Shown here: positions 12,834-25,600 of the stretch, piece by piece
Layout of the letters: the number at the start of each line of letters is the position of its first letter
How positions within the stretch are numbered: the first letter of the stretch is position 1
Origin: the human T2T-CHM13v2.0 reference genome, Homo sapiens
Length of the DNA stretch: 64,000 bases
Direction: 5' to 3' (one strand)
NCBI RefSeq assembly: GCF_009914755.1
Contig: NC_060929.1
Program-made: the position numbers and the translations under genes
Notes under the pieces: generated by a model
The model's database searches: none
Seen by the model: the letters and a program-made list of their open reading frames with translations, nothing else
What the model was told of the DNA's origin: nothing

Positions 12834-15800
12834 GTTCCCTTAGACAGAGCAGATTTGAAACACTCTTTTTGTGCAATTGGCAAGTGCAGATTTCAAGCGC
12901 TTTAAGGTCAATGGCAGAAAAGGAAATATCTTCGTTTCAAAACTAGACAGAATCATTCCCACATACTGCGTTGTGATGTGTTCGTTCATCTCACAGAGTT
13001 TAACCTTTCTTTTCGTAGAGCAGTTAGGAAACAGTCTGTTTGTAAATTATGTAAGTGGATATTCTGACATCTTGTGGCCTTCGTTGGAAACGGGATTTCT
13101 TCATATTCTGCTAGACAGAAGAATTCTCAGAATCTTCCTTGTGTTGTGTGTATTCAACTCACACAGTTGAACGATTGTTTACACAGAGCAGATTTGAAAC
13201 ACTCTTTCTCTGGAATTTGCAAGTGGAGATTTCAGCCGCTTTGAGGTCCATGGTAGAAAAGGAAATATCTTCGTATAACAACTAGACAGAATGATTCTCA
13301 GAAACTTCTTTGTGATGTGTGCGTTCAACTCACAGAGTTTAACCTTTCTTTTCATGGAGCAGTTAGGAAACACTCTGTTTGTAAAGTCTGCAAGTGGATA
13401 TTCAGACCTCTTTGAGGCCTTCGTTGGAAACGGGTTTTTTTCATATAAGGCTAGACAGAAGAATTCCCAGTAACTTCCTTGTGTTGTGTGTGTTCAACTC
13501 ACAGAGTTGAACTTTCATTTACACAGAGCAGATTTGAAACACTCTTTTTCTGGAATTTGCAAGTGGAGATTTCAAGCGCTTTGAGGCCAAAGGCAGAAAA
13601 GGAAATATCTTCGTATAAAAACTAGACAGAATCATTCTCAGAAACTGCTCTGCGATGTGTGCGTTCAACTCTCAGAGTTTAACTTTTCTTTTCATTCAGC
13701 AGTTTGGAAACACTCTGTTTGTAAAGTCTGCACGTGGATAATTTGACCACTTAGAGGCCTTCGTTGGAAACGGGTTTTTTTCATGTAAGGCTAGACAGAA
13801 GAATTCTCAGTAACTTCCTTGTGTTGTGTGTATTCAACTCACACAGTTGAACGATCCTTTACACAGAGCAGACTTGTAACACTCTTTTTGTGGAATTTGC
13901 AAGTGGAGATTTCAGCCGCTTTGAAGTCAAAGGTAGAAAAGGAAATATCTTCCTATAAAAACTAGACAGAATGATTCTCAGAAACTCCTTTGTGATGTGT
14001 GCGTTCAACTCACAGAGTTTAACCTTTCTTTTCATAGAGTAGTTAGGAAACACTCTGCTTGTAAAGTCTGCAAGTGGATATTCAGCCCTCTTTGAGGCCT
14101 TCGTTGGAAACGGGTTTTTTTCATATAAGGCTAGACAGAAGAATTCCCAGTAACTTCTTTGTGTTGTGTGTGTTCAACTCACACAGTTGAACTTTGATTT
14201 ACACAGAGCAGATTTGAAACACTCTTTTTGTGGAATTTGCAAGTGGAGATTTCAAGCGCTTTGAGGCCAAAGGCAGAAAAGGAAATATCTTCGTATAAAA
14301 ACTAGACAGAATCATTCTCAGAAACTGCTCTGCGATGTGTGCGTTCAACTCTCAGAGTTTAACTTTTCTTTTCATTCAGCAGTTTGGAAACACTCTGTTT
14401 GTAAAGTCTGCACGTGGATATTTTGACCACTTAGACGCCTTCGTTGGAAACGGGTTTTTTTCCAGTAAGGCTAGACAGAAGAATTCCCAGTAACTTCCTT
14501 GTGTTGTGTACATTCAACTCACAGAGTTGAACGTTCCCTTAGACAGAGCAGATTTGAAACACTCTTTTTGTGCAATTGGCAAGTGGAGATTTCAAGCGCT
14601 TTGAGGTCAATGGCAGAAAAGGAAATATCTTCGTTTCAAAACTAGACAGAATCATTCCCACAAACTGCGTTGTGATGTGTTCGTTCATCTCACAGAGTTT
14701 AACCTTTCTTTTCGTAGAGCAGTTAGGAAACAGTCTGTTTGTAAATTCTGTAAGTGGATATTCTGACATCTTGTGGCCTTCGTTGGAAACGGGATTTCTT
14801 CATATTCTGCTAGACAGAAGAATTCTCAGAATCTTCCTTGTGTTGTGTGTGTTCAACTCACAGAGTTGAACTTTCATTTACACAGAGCAGATTTGAAACA
14901 CTCTTTTTGTGGAATTTGCAAGTGGAGATTTCAAGCGCTTTGAGGCCAAAGGCAGAAAAGGAAATATCTTCGTATAAAAACTAGACAGAATCATTCTCAG
15001 AAACTGCTCTGCGATGTGTGCCTTCAACTCTCAGAGTTTAACTTTTCTTTTCATTCAGCAGTTTGGAAACACTCTGTTTGTAAAGTCTGCACGTGGATAA
15101 TTTGACCACTTAGAGGCCTTCGTTGGAAACGGGTTTTTTTCATGTAAGGCTAGACAGAAGAATTCTCAGTAACTTCCTTGTGTTGTGTGTATTCAACTCA
15201 CACAGTTGAACGATCCTTTACACAGAGCAGACTTGTAACACTCTTTTTGTGGAATTTGCAAGTGGAGATTTCAGCCGCTTTGAAGTCAAAGGTAGAAAAG
15301 GAAATATCTTCCTATAAAAACTAGACAGAATGATTCTCAGAAACTCCTTTGTGATGTGTGCGTTCAACTCACAGAGTTTAACCTTTCTTTTCATAGAGCA
15401 GTTAGGAAACACTCTGCTTGTAAAGTCTGCAAGTGGATATTCAGCCCTCTTTGAGGCCTTCGTTGGAAACGGGTTTTTTTCATATAAGGCTAGACAGAAG
15501 AATTCCCAGTAACTTCTTTGTGTTGTGTGTGTTCAACTCACAGAGTTGAACTTTGATTTACACAGAGCAGATTTGAAACACTCTTTTTGTGGAATTTGCA
15601 AGTGGAGATTTCAAGCGCTTTGAGGCCAAAGGCAGAAAAGGAAATATCTTCGTATAAAAACTAGACAGAATCATTCTCAGAAACTGCTCTGCGATGTGTG
15701 CGTTCAACTCTCAGAGTTTAACTTTTCTTTTCATTCAACAGTTTGGAAACACTCTGTTTGTAAAGTCTGCACGTGGATATTTTGACCACTTAGAGGCCTT

Positions 15801-16910
15801 CGTTGGAACCGGGTTTTTTTCCTGTAAGGCTAGACAGAAGAATTCCCAGTAACTTCCTTGTGTTGTGTACATTCAACTCACAGAGTTGAACGTTCCCTTA
15901 GACAGAGCAGATTTGAAACACTCTTTTTGTGCAATTGGCAAGTGGAGATTTCAAGCGCTTTGAGGTCAATGGCAGAAAAGGAAATATCTTCGTTTCAAAA
16001 CTAGACAGAATCATTCCCACAAACTGCGTTGTGATGTGTTCGTTCATCTCACAGAGTTTAACCTTTCTTTTCGTAGAGCAGTTAGGAAACAGTCTATTTG
16101 TAAATTCTGTAAGTGGATATTCTGACATCTTGTGGCCTTCGTTGGAAACGGGATTTCTTCATATTCTGCTAGACAGAAGAATTCTCAGAATCTTCCTTGT
16201 GTTGTGTGTATTCAACTCACACAGTTGAACGATCCTTTACACAGAGCAGATTTGAAACACTCATTTGGTGGAATTTGTAAGTGGAGGTTTCAGCCGCTTT
16301 GAGGTCCATGGTAGAAAAGGAAATATCTTCGTATAAAAACTAGACAGGATGATTCTCAGAAACTTCTTTGTGATGTGTGCGTTCAACTCACAGAGTTTAA
16401 CCTTTCTTTTCATAGAGCAGTTAGGAAACACTCTGTTTGTAAACTCTGCAAGTGGATATTCAGACCTCTTTGAGGCCTTCGTTGGAAAAGGGATTTCTTC
16501 ATACTGTGCTAGACAGAAGAATTCTCAGTAACTTCCTTGTGTTGTGTGTATTCAACTCACAGAGTTGAACGATCCTTTACACAGAGCAGACTTGAAACAC
16601 TCTTTTTGTGGAATTTGCAAGTGGAGATTTCAAGCGCTTTGAGGCCAAAGGCAGAAAAGGAAATATCTTCGTATAAAAACTAGACAGAATCATTCTCAGA
16701 AACTGCTCTGCGATGTGTGCGTTCAACTCTCAGAGTTTAACTTTTCTTTTCATTCAGCAGTTTGGAAACACTCTGTTTGTAAAGTCTGCAGGTGGATAAT
16801 TTGACCACTTAGAGGCCTTCGTTGGAAACGGGTTTTTTTCCTGTAAGGCTAGACAGAAGAATTCCCAGTAACTTCCTTGTGTTGTGTACATTCAACTCAC
16901 AGAGTTGAAC
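12834..16910 (+). repeat. Consecutive contracted HOR variants: 10-mer (1699 bp), 8-mer (1359 bp), 6-mer (1019 bp)
   Basis: A markers at 12834, 14533, 15892 and 16911; hybrid junctions near 13356-13385, 14833-14850 and 16592-16633. Confidence 0.9.
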
Positions 16911-19628
16911 GTTCCCTTAGACAGAGCAGATTTGAAACACTCTTTTTGTGCAATTGGCAAGTGGAGATTTCAAGCGCTTTGAGGTCAATGGCAGAAAAGG
17001 AAATATCTTCGTTTCAAAACTAGACAGAATCATTCCCACAAACTGCGTTGTGATGTGTTCGTTCATCTCACAGAGTTTAACCTTTCTTTTCGTAGAGCAG
17101 TTAGGAAACAGTCTGTTTGTAAATTCTGTAAGTGGATATTCTGACATCTTGTGGCCTTCGTTGGAAACGGGATTTCTTCATATTCTGCTAGACAGAAGAA
17201 TTCTCAGAATCTTCCTTGTGTTGTGTGTATTCAACTCACACAGTTGAACGATTGTTTACACAGAGCAGATTTGAAACACTCTTTTTGTGGAATTTGCAAG
17301 TGGAGATTTCAGCCGCTTTGAAGTCAAAGGTAGAAAAGGGAATATCTTCCTATAAAAACTAGACAGAATGATTCTCAGAAACTTCTTTGTGATGTGTGCG
17401 TTCAACTCACAGAGTTTAACCTTTCTTTTCATAGAGCAGTTAGGAAACACTCTGTTTGTAAACTCTGCAAGTGGATATTCAGACCTCTTTGAGGCCTTCG
17501 TTGGAAACGGGATTTCTTCATACTGTGCTAGACAGAAGAATTCTCAGTAACTTCCTTGTGTTGTGTGTATTCAACTCACAGAGTTGAACGATCCTTTACA
17601 CAGAGCAGACTTGAAACACTCTTTTTGTGGAATTTGCAAGTGGAGATTTCAGCCGCGTTGAGGTCAATGGTAGAAAAGGAAATATCTTCGTATAAAAACT
17701 AGACAGAATGATTCTCAGAAACTCCTTTGTGATGTGTGTGTTCAACTCACAGAGTTTAACCTTTCTTTTCATAGAGCAGTTAGGAATCACTCTGTTTGTA
17801 AAGTCTGCAAGTGGATATTCAGACCTCTTTGAGGCCTTCGTTGGAAACGGGTTTTTTCATATAAGGCTACACAGAAGAATTCCCAGTAACTTCCTTGTGT
17901 TGTGTGTGTTCAACTCACAGAGTTGAACTTTGATTTACACAGAGCAGATTTGAAACACTCTTTTTGTGGAATTTGCAAGTGGAGATTTCAAGCGCTTTGA
18001 GGCCAAAGGCAGAAAAGGAAATATCTTCGTATAAAAACTAGACAGAATCATTCTCAGAAACTGCTCTGTGATGTGTGCGTTCAACTCTCAGAGTTTAACT
18101 TTTCTTCTCATTCAGCAGTTTGGAAACACTCTGTTTGTAAAGTCTGCACGTGGATAATTTGACCACTTAGAGGCCTTCGTTGGAAACGGGTTTTTTTCAT
18201 GTAAGGCTAGACAGAAGAATTCTCAGTAACTTCCTTGTGTTGTGTGTATTCAACTCACAGAGTTGAACGATCCTTTACACAGAGCAGACTTGTAACACTC
18301 TTTTTGTGGAATTTGCAAGTGGAGATTTCAGCCGCTTTGAAGTCAAAGGTAGAAAAGGAAATATCTTCCTATAAAAACTAGACAGAATGATTCTCAGAAA
18401 CTCCTTTGTGATGTGTGTGTTCAACTCACAGAGTTTAACCTTTCTTTTCATAGAGCAGTTAGGAATCACTCTGTTTGTAAAGTCTGCAAGTGGATATTCA
18501 GACCTCTTTGAGGCCTTCGTTGGAAACCGGTTTTTTTCATATAAGGCTAGACAGAAGAATTCCCAGTAACTTCCTTGTGTTGTGTGTGTTCAACTCACAG
18601 AGTTGAACTTTCATTTACACAGAGCAGATTTGAAACACTCTTTTTGTGGAATTTGCAAATGGAGATTTCAAGCGCTTTGAGGCCAAAGGCAGAAAAGGAA
18701 ATATCTTTGTATAAAAACTAGACAGAATCATTCTCAGAAACTGCTCTGCGATGTGTGCGTTCAACTCTCAGAGTTTAACTTTGCTTTTCATTCAGCAGTT
18801 TGGAAACACTCTGTTTGTAAAGTCTGCACGTGGATAATTTGACCACTTAGAGGCCTTCGTTGGAAACGGGTTTTTTTCATGTAAGGCTAGACAGAAGAAT
18901 TCTCAGTAACTTCCTTGTGTTGTGTGTATTCAACTCACACAGTTGAACGATCCTTTACACAGAGCAGACTTGTAACACTCTTTTTGTGGAATTTGCAAGT
19001 GGAGATTTCAGCCGCTTTGAAGTCAAAGGTAGAAAAGGAAATATCTTCCTATAAAAACTAGACAGAATGATTCTCAGAAACTCCTTTGTGATGTGTGCGT
19101 TCAACTCACAGAGTTTAACCTTTCTTTTCATAGAGCAGTTAGGAAACACTCTGTTTGTAAAGTCTCCAAGTGGATATTCAGACCTCTTTGAGGCCTTCGT
19201 TGGAAACGGGTTTTATTCATATAAGGCTAGACAGAAGAATTCCCAGTAACTTCCTTCTGTTGTGTGTGTTCAACTCACAGAGTTGAACTTTCATTTACAC
19301 AGAGCAGATTTGAAACACTCTTTTTGTGGAATTTTCAAGTGGAAATTTCAAGCGCTTTGAGGCCAAAGGCAGAAAAGGAAATATCTTCGTATAAAAACTA
19401 GACAGAATCATTCTCAGAAACTGCTCTGCGATGTGTGCGTTCAACTCTCAGAGTTTAACTTTTCTTTTCATTCAGCAGTTTGGAAACACTCTGTTTGTAA
19501 AGTCTGCACGTGGATATTTTGACCACTTAGAGGCCTTCGTTGGAAACGGGTTTTTTTCCTGTAAGGCTAGACAGAAGAATTCCCAGTAACTTCCTTGTGT
19601 TGTGTACATTCAACTCACAGAGTTGAAC
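16911..19628 (+). repeat. 16-mer HOR variant (2718 bp)
   Basis: A markers at 16911 and 19629; 1-bp poly-T contraction near 17852. Confidence 0.88.
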
Positions 19629-22600
19629 GTTCCCTTAGACAGAGCAGATTTGAAACACTCTTTTTGTGCAATTGGCAAGTGGAGATTTCAAGCGCTTTAA
19701 GGTCAATGGCAGAAAAGGAAATATCTTCGTTTCAAAACTAGACAGAATCATTCCCACAAACTGCGTTGTGATGTGTTCGTTCATCTCACAGAGTTTAACC
19801 TTTCTTTTCGTAGAGCAGTTAGGAAACAGTCTGTTTGTAAATTCTGTAAGTGGATATTCTGACATCTTGTGGCCTTCGTGGGAAACGGGATTTCTTCATA
19901 TTCTGCTAGACAGAAGAATTCTCAGAATCTTCCTTGTGTTGTGTGTATTCAACTCACACAGTTGAACGATTGTTTACACAGAGCAGATTTGAAACACTCT
20001 TTCTGTGGAATTTGCAAGTGGAGATTTCAGCCGCTTTGAGGTCCATGGTAGAAAAGGAAATATCTTCGTATAACAACTAGACAGAATGATTCTCAGAAAC
20101 TTCTTTGTGATGTGTGCGTTCAACTCACAGAGTTTAACCTTTCTTTTCATGGAGCAGTTAGGAAACACTCTGTTTGTAAACTCTGCAAGTGGATATTCAG
20201 ACCTCTTTGAGGCCTTCGTTGGAAACGGGATTTCTTCATACTGTGCTAGACAGAAGAATTCTCAGTAACTTCCTTGTGTTGTGTGTATTCAACTCACAGA
20301 GTTGAACGATCCTTTACACAGAGCAGACTTGAAACACTCTTTTTGTGGAATTTGCAAGTGGAGATTTCAGCCGCGTTGAGGTCAATGGTAGAAAAGGAAA
20401 TATCTTCGTATAAAAACTAGACAGAATGATTCTCAGAAACTCCTTTGTGATGTGTGTGTGTTCAACTCACAGAGTTTAACATTTCTTTTCATAGAGCAGT
20501 TAGGAAACACTCTGTTTCTAAAGTCTGCAAGTGGATATTCAGACCTCTTTGAGGCCTTCGTTGGAAACGGGTTTTTTTCATATAAGGCTAGACAGAAGAA
20601 TTCCCAGTAACTTCCTTGTGTTGTGTGTGTTCAACTCACAGAGTTGAACTTTCATTTACACAGAGCAGATTTGAAACACTCTTTTCGTGAAATTTGCAAG
20701 TGGAGATTTCAAGCGCTTTGAGGCCAAAGGCAGAAAAGGAAATATCTTCGTATAAAAACTAGACAGAATCATTCTCAGAAACTGCTCTGCGATGTGTGCC
20801 TTCAACTCTCAGAGTTTAACTTTTCTTTTCATTCAGCAGTTTGGAAACACTCTGTTTGTAAAGTCTGCACGTGGATAATTTGACCACTTAGAGGCCTTCG
20901 TTGGAAACGGGTTTTTTTCATGTAAGGCTAGACAGAAGAATTCTCAGTAACTTCCTTGTGTTGTGTGTATTCAACTCACAGAGTTGAACGATCCTTTACA
21001 CAGAGCAGACTTGTAACACTCTTTTTGTGGAATTTGCAAGTGGAGATTTCAGCCGCTTTGAAGTCAAAGGTAGAAAAGGAAATATCTTCCTATAAAAACT
21101 AGACAGAATGATTCTCAGAAACTCCTTTGTGATGTGTGCGTTCAACTCACAGAGTTTAACCTTTCTTTTCATAGAGCAGTTAGGAAACACTCTGCTTGTA
21201 AAGTCTGCAAGTGGATATTCAGCCCTCTTTGAGGCCTTCGTTGGAAACGGGTTTTTTTCATATAAGGCTAGACAGAAGAATTCCCAGTAACTTCTTTGTG
21301 TTGTGTGTGTTCAACTCACAGAGTTGAACTTTGATTTACACAGAGCAGATTTGAAACACTCTTTTTGTGGAATTTGCAAGTGGAGATTTCAAGCGCTTTG
21401 AGGCCAAAGGCAGAAAAGGAAATATCTTCGTATAAAAACTAGACAGAATCATTCTCAGAAACTGCTCTGCGATGTGTGCGTTCAACTCTCAGAGTTTAAC
21501 TTTTCTTTTCATTCAACAGTTTGGAAACACTCTGTTTGTAAAGTCTGCACGTGGATATTTTGACCACTTAGAGGCCTTCGTTGGAAACGGGTTTTTTTCC
21601 TGTAAGGCTAGACAGAAGAATTCCCAGTAACTTCCTTGTGTTGTGTACATTCAACTCACAGAGTTGAACGTTCCCTTAGACAGAGCAGATTTGAAACACT
21701 CTTTTTGTGCAATTGGCAAGTGGAGATTTCAAGCGCTTTGAGGTCAATGGCAGAAAAGGAAATATCTTCGTTTCAAAACTAGACAGAATCATTCCCACAA
21801 ACTGCGTTGTGATGTGTTCGTTCATCTCACAGAGTTTAACCTTTCTTTTCGTAGAGCAGTTAGGAAACAGTCTGTTTGTAAATTCTGTAAGTGGATATTC
21901 TGACATCTTGTGGCCTTCGTTGGAAACGGGATTTCTTCATATTCTGCTAGACAGAAGAATTCTCAGAATCTTCCTTGTGTTGTGTGTATTCAACTCACAC
22001 AGTTGAACGATTGTTTACACAGAGCAGATTTGAAACACTCTTTTTGTGGAATTTGCAAGTGGAGATTTCAGCCGCTTTGAGGTCAATGGTAGAAAAGGAA
22101 ATATCTTCGTATAAAAACTAGACAGAATGATTCTCAGAAACTTCTTTGTGATGTGTGCGTTCAACTCACAGAGTTTAACCTTTCTTTTCATAGAGCAGTT
22201 AGGAAACACTCTGTTTGTAAACTCTGCAAGTGGATATTCAGACCTCTTTGAGGCCTTCGTTGGAAACGGGATTTCTTCATACTGTGCTAGACAGAAGAAT
22301 TCTCAGTAACTTCCTTGTGTTGTGTGTATTCAACTCACAGAGTTGAACGATCCTTTACACAGAGCAGACTTGAAACGCTCTTTTTGTGGAATTTGCAAGT
22401 GGAGATTTCAGCCGCGTTGAGGTCAATGGTAGAAAAGGAAATATCTTCGTATAAAAACTAGACAGAATGATTCTCAGAAACTCCTTTGTGATGTGTGTGT
22501 TCAACTCACAGAGTTTAACCTTTCTTTTCATAGAGCAGTTAGGAAACACTCTGTTTGTAAAGTCTGCAAGTGGATATTCAGACCTCTTTGAGGCCTTCGT

Positions 22601-25600
22601 TGGAAACGGGTTTTTTTCATATAAGGCTAGACAGAAGGATTCCCAGTAACTTCCTTGTGTTGTGTGTGTTCAACTCACAGAGTTGAACTTTCATTTACAC
22701 AGAGCAGATTTGAAACACTCTTTTTGTGGAATTTGCAAGTGGAGATTTCAAGCGCTTTGAGGCCAAAGGCAGAAAAGGAAATATCTTCGTATAAAAACTA
22801 GACAGAATCATTCTCAGAAACTGCTCTGTGATGTGTGCGTTCAACTCTCAGAGTTTAACTTTTCTTTTCATTCAGCAGTTTGGAAACACTCTGTTTGTAA
22901 AGTCTGCACGTGGATAATTTGACCACTTAGAGGCCTTCGTTGGAAACGGGTTTTTTTCATGTAAGGCTAGACAGAAGAATTCTCAGTAACTTCCTTGTGT
23001 TGTGTGTATTCAACTCACACAGTTGAACGATCCTTTACACAGAGCAGACTTGTAACACTCTTTTTGTGGAATTTGCAAGTGGAGATTTCAGCCGCTTTGA
23101 AGTCAAAGGTAGAAAAGGAAATATCTTCCTATAAAAACTAGACAGAATGATTCTCAGAAACTCCTTTGTGATGTGTGCGTTCAACTCACAGAGTTTAACC
23201 TTTCTTTTCATAGAGCAGTTAGGAAACACTCTGCTTGTAAAGTCTGCAAGTGGATATTCAGCCCTCTTTGAGGCCTTCGTTGGAAACGGGTTTTTTTCAT
23301 ATAAGGCTAGACAGAAGAATTCCCAGTAACTTCCTTGTGTTGTGTACATTCAACTCACAGAGTTGAACGTTCCCTTAGACAGAGCAGATTTGAAACACTC
23401 TTTTTGTGCAATTGGCAAGTGGAGATTTCAAGCGCTTTAAGGTCAATGGCAGAAAAGGAAATATCTTCGTTTCAAAACTAGACAGAATCATTCCCACAAA
23501 CTGCGTTGTGATGTGTTCGTTCAACTCACAGAGTTTAACCTTTCTTTTCATAGAGCAGTTAGGAAACAGTCTGTTTGAAAATTCTGTAAGTGGATATTCT
23601 GACATCTTGTGGCCTTCGTTGGAAACGGGATTTCTTCATATTCTGCTAGACAGAAGAATTCTCAGAATCTTCCTTGTGTTGTGTGTATTCAACTCACACA
23701 GTTGAACGATCCTTTACACAGAGCAGATTTGAAACACTCATTTGGTGGAATTTGTAAGTGGAGGTTTCAGCCGCTTTGAGGTCCATGGTAGAAAAGGAAA
23801 TATCTTCGTATAACAACTAGACAGAATGATTCTCAGAAACTTCTTTGTGATGTGTGCGTTCAACTCACAGAGTTTAACCTTTCTTTTCATAGAGCAGTTA
23901 GGAAACACTCTGTTTGTAAACTCTGCAAGTGGATATTCAGACCTCTTTGAGGCCTTCGTTGGAAACGGGATTTCTTCATACTGTGCTAGACAGAAGAATT
24001 CTCAGTAACTTCCTTGTGTTGTGTGTATTCAACTCACAGAGTTGAACGATCCTTTATACAGAGCAGACTTGAAACACTCTTTTTGTGGAATTTGCAAGTG
24101 GAGATTTCAGCCGCGTTGAGGTCAATGGTAGAAAAGGAAATATCTTCCTATAAAAACTAGACAGAATGATTCTCAGAAACTCCTTTGTGATGTGTCTGTT
24201 CAACTCACAGAGTTTAACATTTCTTTTCATAGAGCAGTTAGGAAACACTCTGTTTGTAAAGTCTGCAAGTGGATATTCAGACCTCTTTGAGGCCTTCGTT
24301 GGAAACGGGTTTTTTTCATATAAGGCTAGACAGAAGAATTCCCAGTAACTTCCTTGTGTTGTGTGTGTTCAACTCACAGAGTTGAACTTTCATTTACACA
24401 GAGCAGATTTGAAACACTCTTTTTGTGGAATTTGCAAGTGGAGATTTCAAGCGCTTTGAGGCCAAAGGCAGAAAAGGAAATATCTTCGTATAAAAACTAG
24501 ACAGAATCATTCTCAGAAACTGCTCTGCGATGTGTGCGTTCAACTCTCAGAGTTTAACTTTTCTTTTCATTCAGCAGTTTGGAAACACTCTGTTTGTAAA
24601 GTCTGCACGTGGATATTTTGACCACTTAGAGGCCTTCGTTGGAAACGGGTTTTTTTCCTGTAAGGCTAGACAGAAGAATTCCCAGTAACTTCCTTGTGTT
24701 GTGTACATTCAACTCACAGAGTTGAACGTTCCCTTAGACAGAGCAGATTTGAAACACTCTTTTTGTGCAATTGGCAAGTGGAGATTTCAAGCGCTTTGAG
24801 GTCAATGGCAGAAAAGGAAATATCTTCGTTTCAAAACTAGACAGAATCATTCCCACAAACTGCGTTGTGATGTGTTCGTTCATCTCACAGAGTTTAACCT
24901 TTCTTTTCGTAGAGCAGTTAGGAAACAGTCTGTTTGTAAATTCTGTAAGTGGATATTCTGACATCTTGTGGCCTTCGTTGGAAACGGGATTTCTTCATAT
25001 TCTGCTAGACAGAAGAATTCTCAGAATCTTCCTTGTGTTGTGTGTATTCAACTCACACAGTTGAACGATTGTTTACACAGAGCAGATTTGAAACACTCTT
25101 TTTGTGGAATTTGCAAGTGGAGATTTCAGCCGCTTTGAGGTCAATGGTAGAAAAGGAAATATCTTCGTATAAAAACTAGACAGAATGATTCTCAGAAACT
25201 TCTTTGTGATGTGTGCGTTCAACTCACAGAGTTTAACCTTTCTTTTCATAGAGCAGTTAGGAAACACTCTGTTTGTAAACTCTGCAAGTGGATATTCAGA
25301 CCTCTTTGAGGCCTTCGTTGGAAACGGGATTTCTTCATACTGTGCTAGACAGAAGAATTCTCAGTAACTTCCTTGTGTTGTGTGTATTCAACTCACAGAG
25401 TTGAACGATCCTTTACACAGAGCAGACTTGAAACGCTCTTTTTGTGGAATTTGCAAGTGGAGATTTCAGCCGCGTTGAAGTCAATGGTAGAAAAGGAAAT
25501 ATCTTCGTATAAAAACTAGACAGAATGATTCTCAGAAACTCCTTTGTGATGTGTGTGTTCAACTCACAGAGTTTAACCTTTCTTTTCATAGAGCAGTTAG

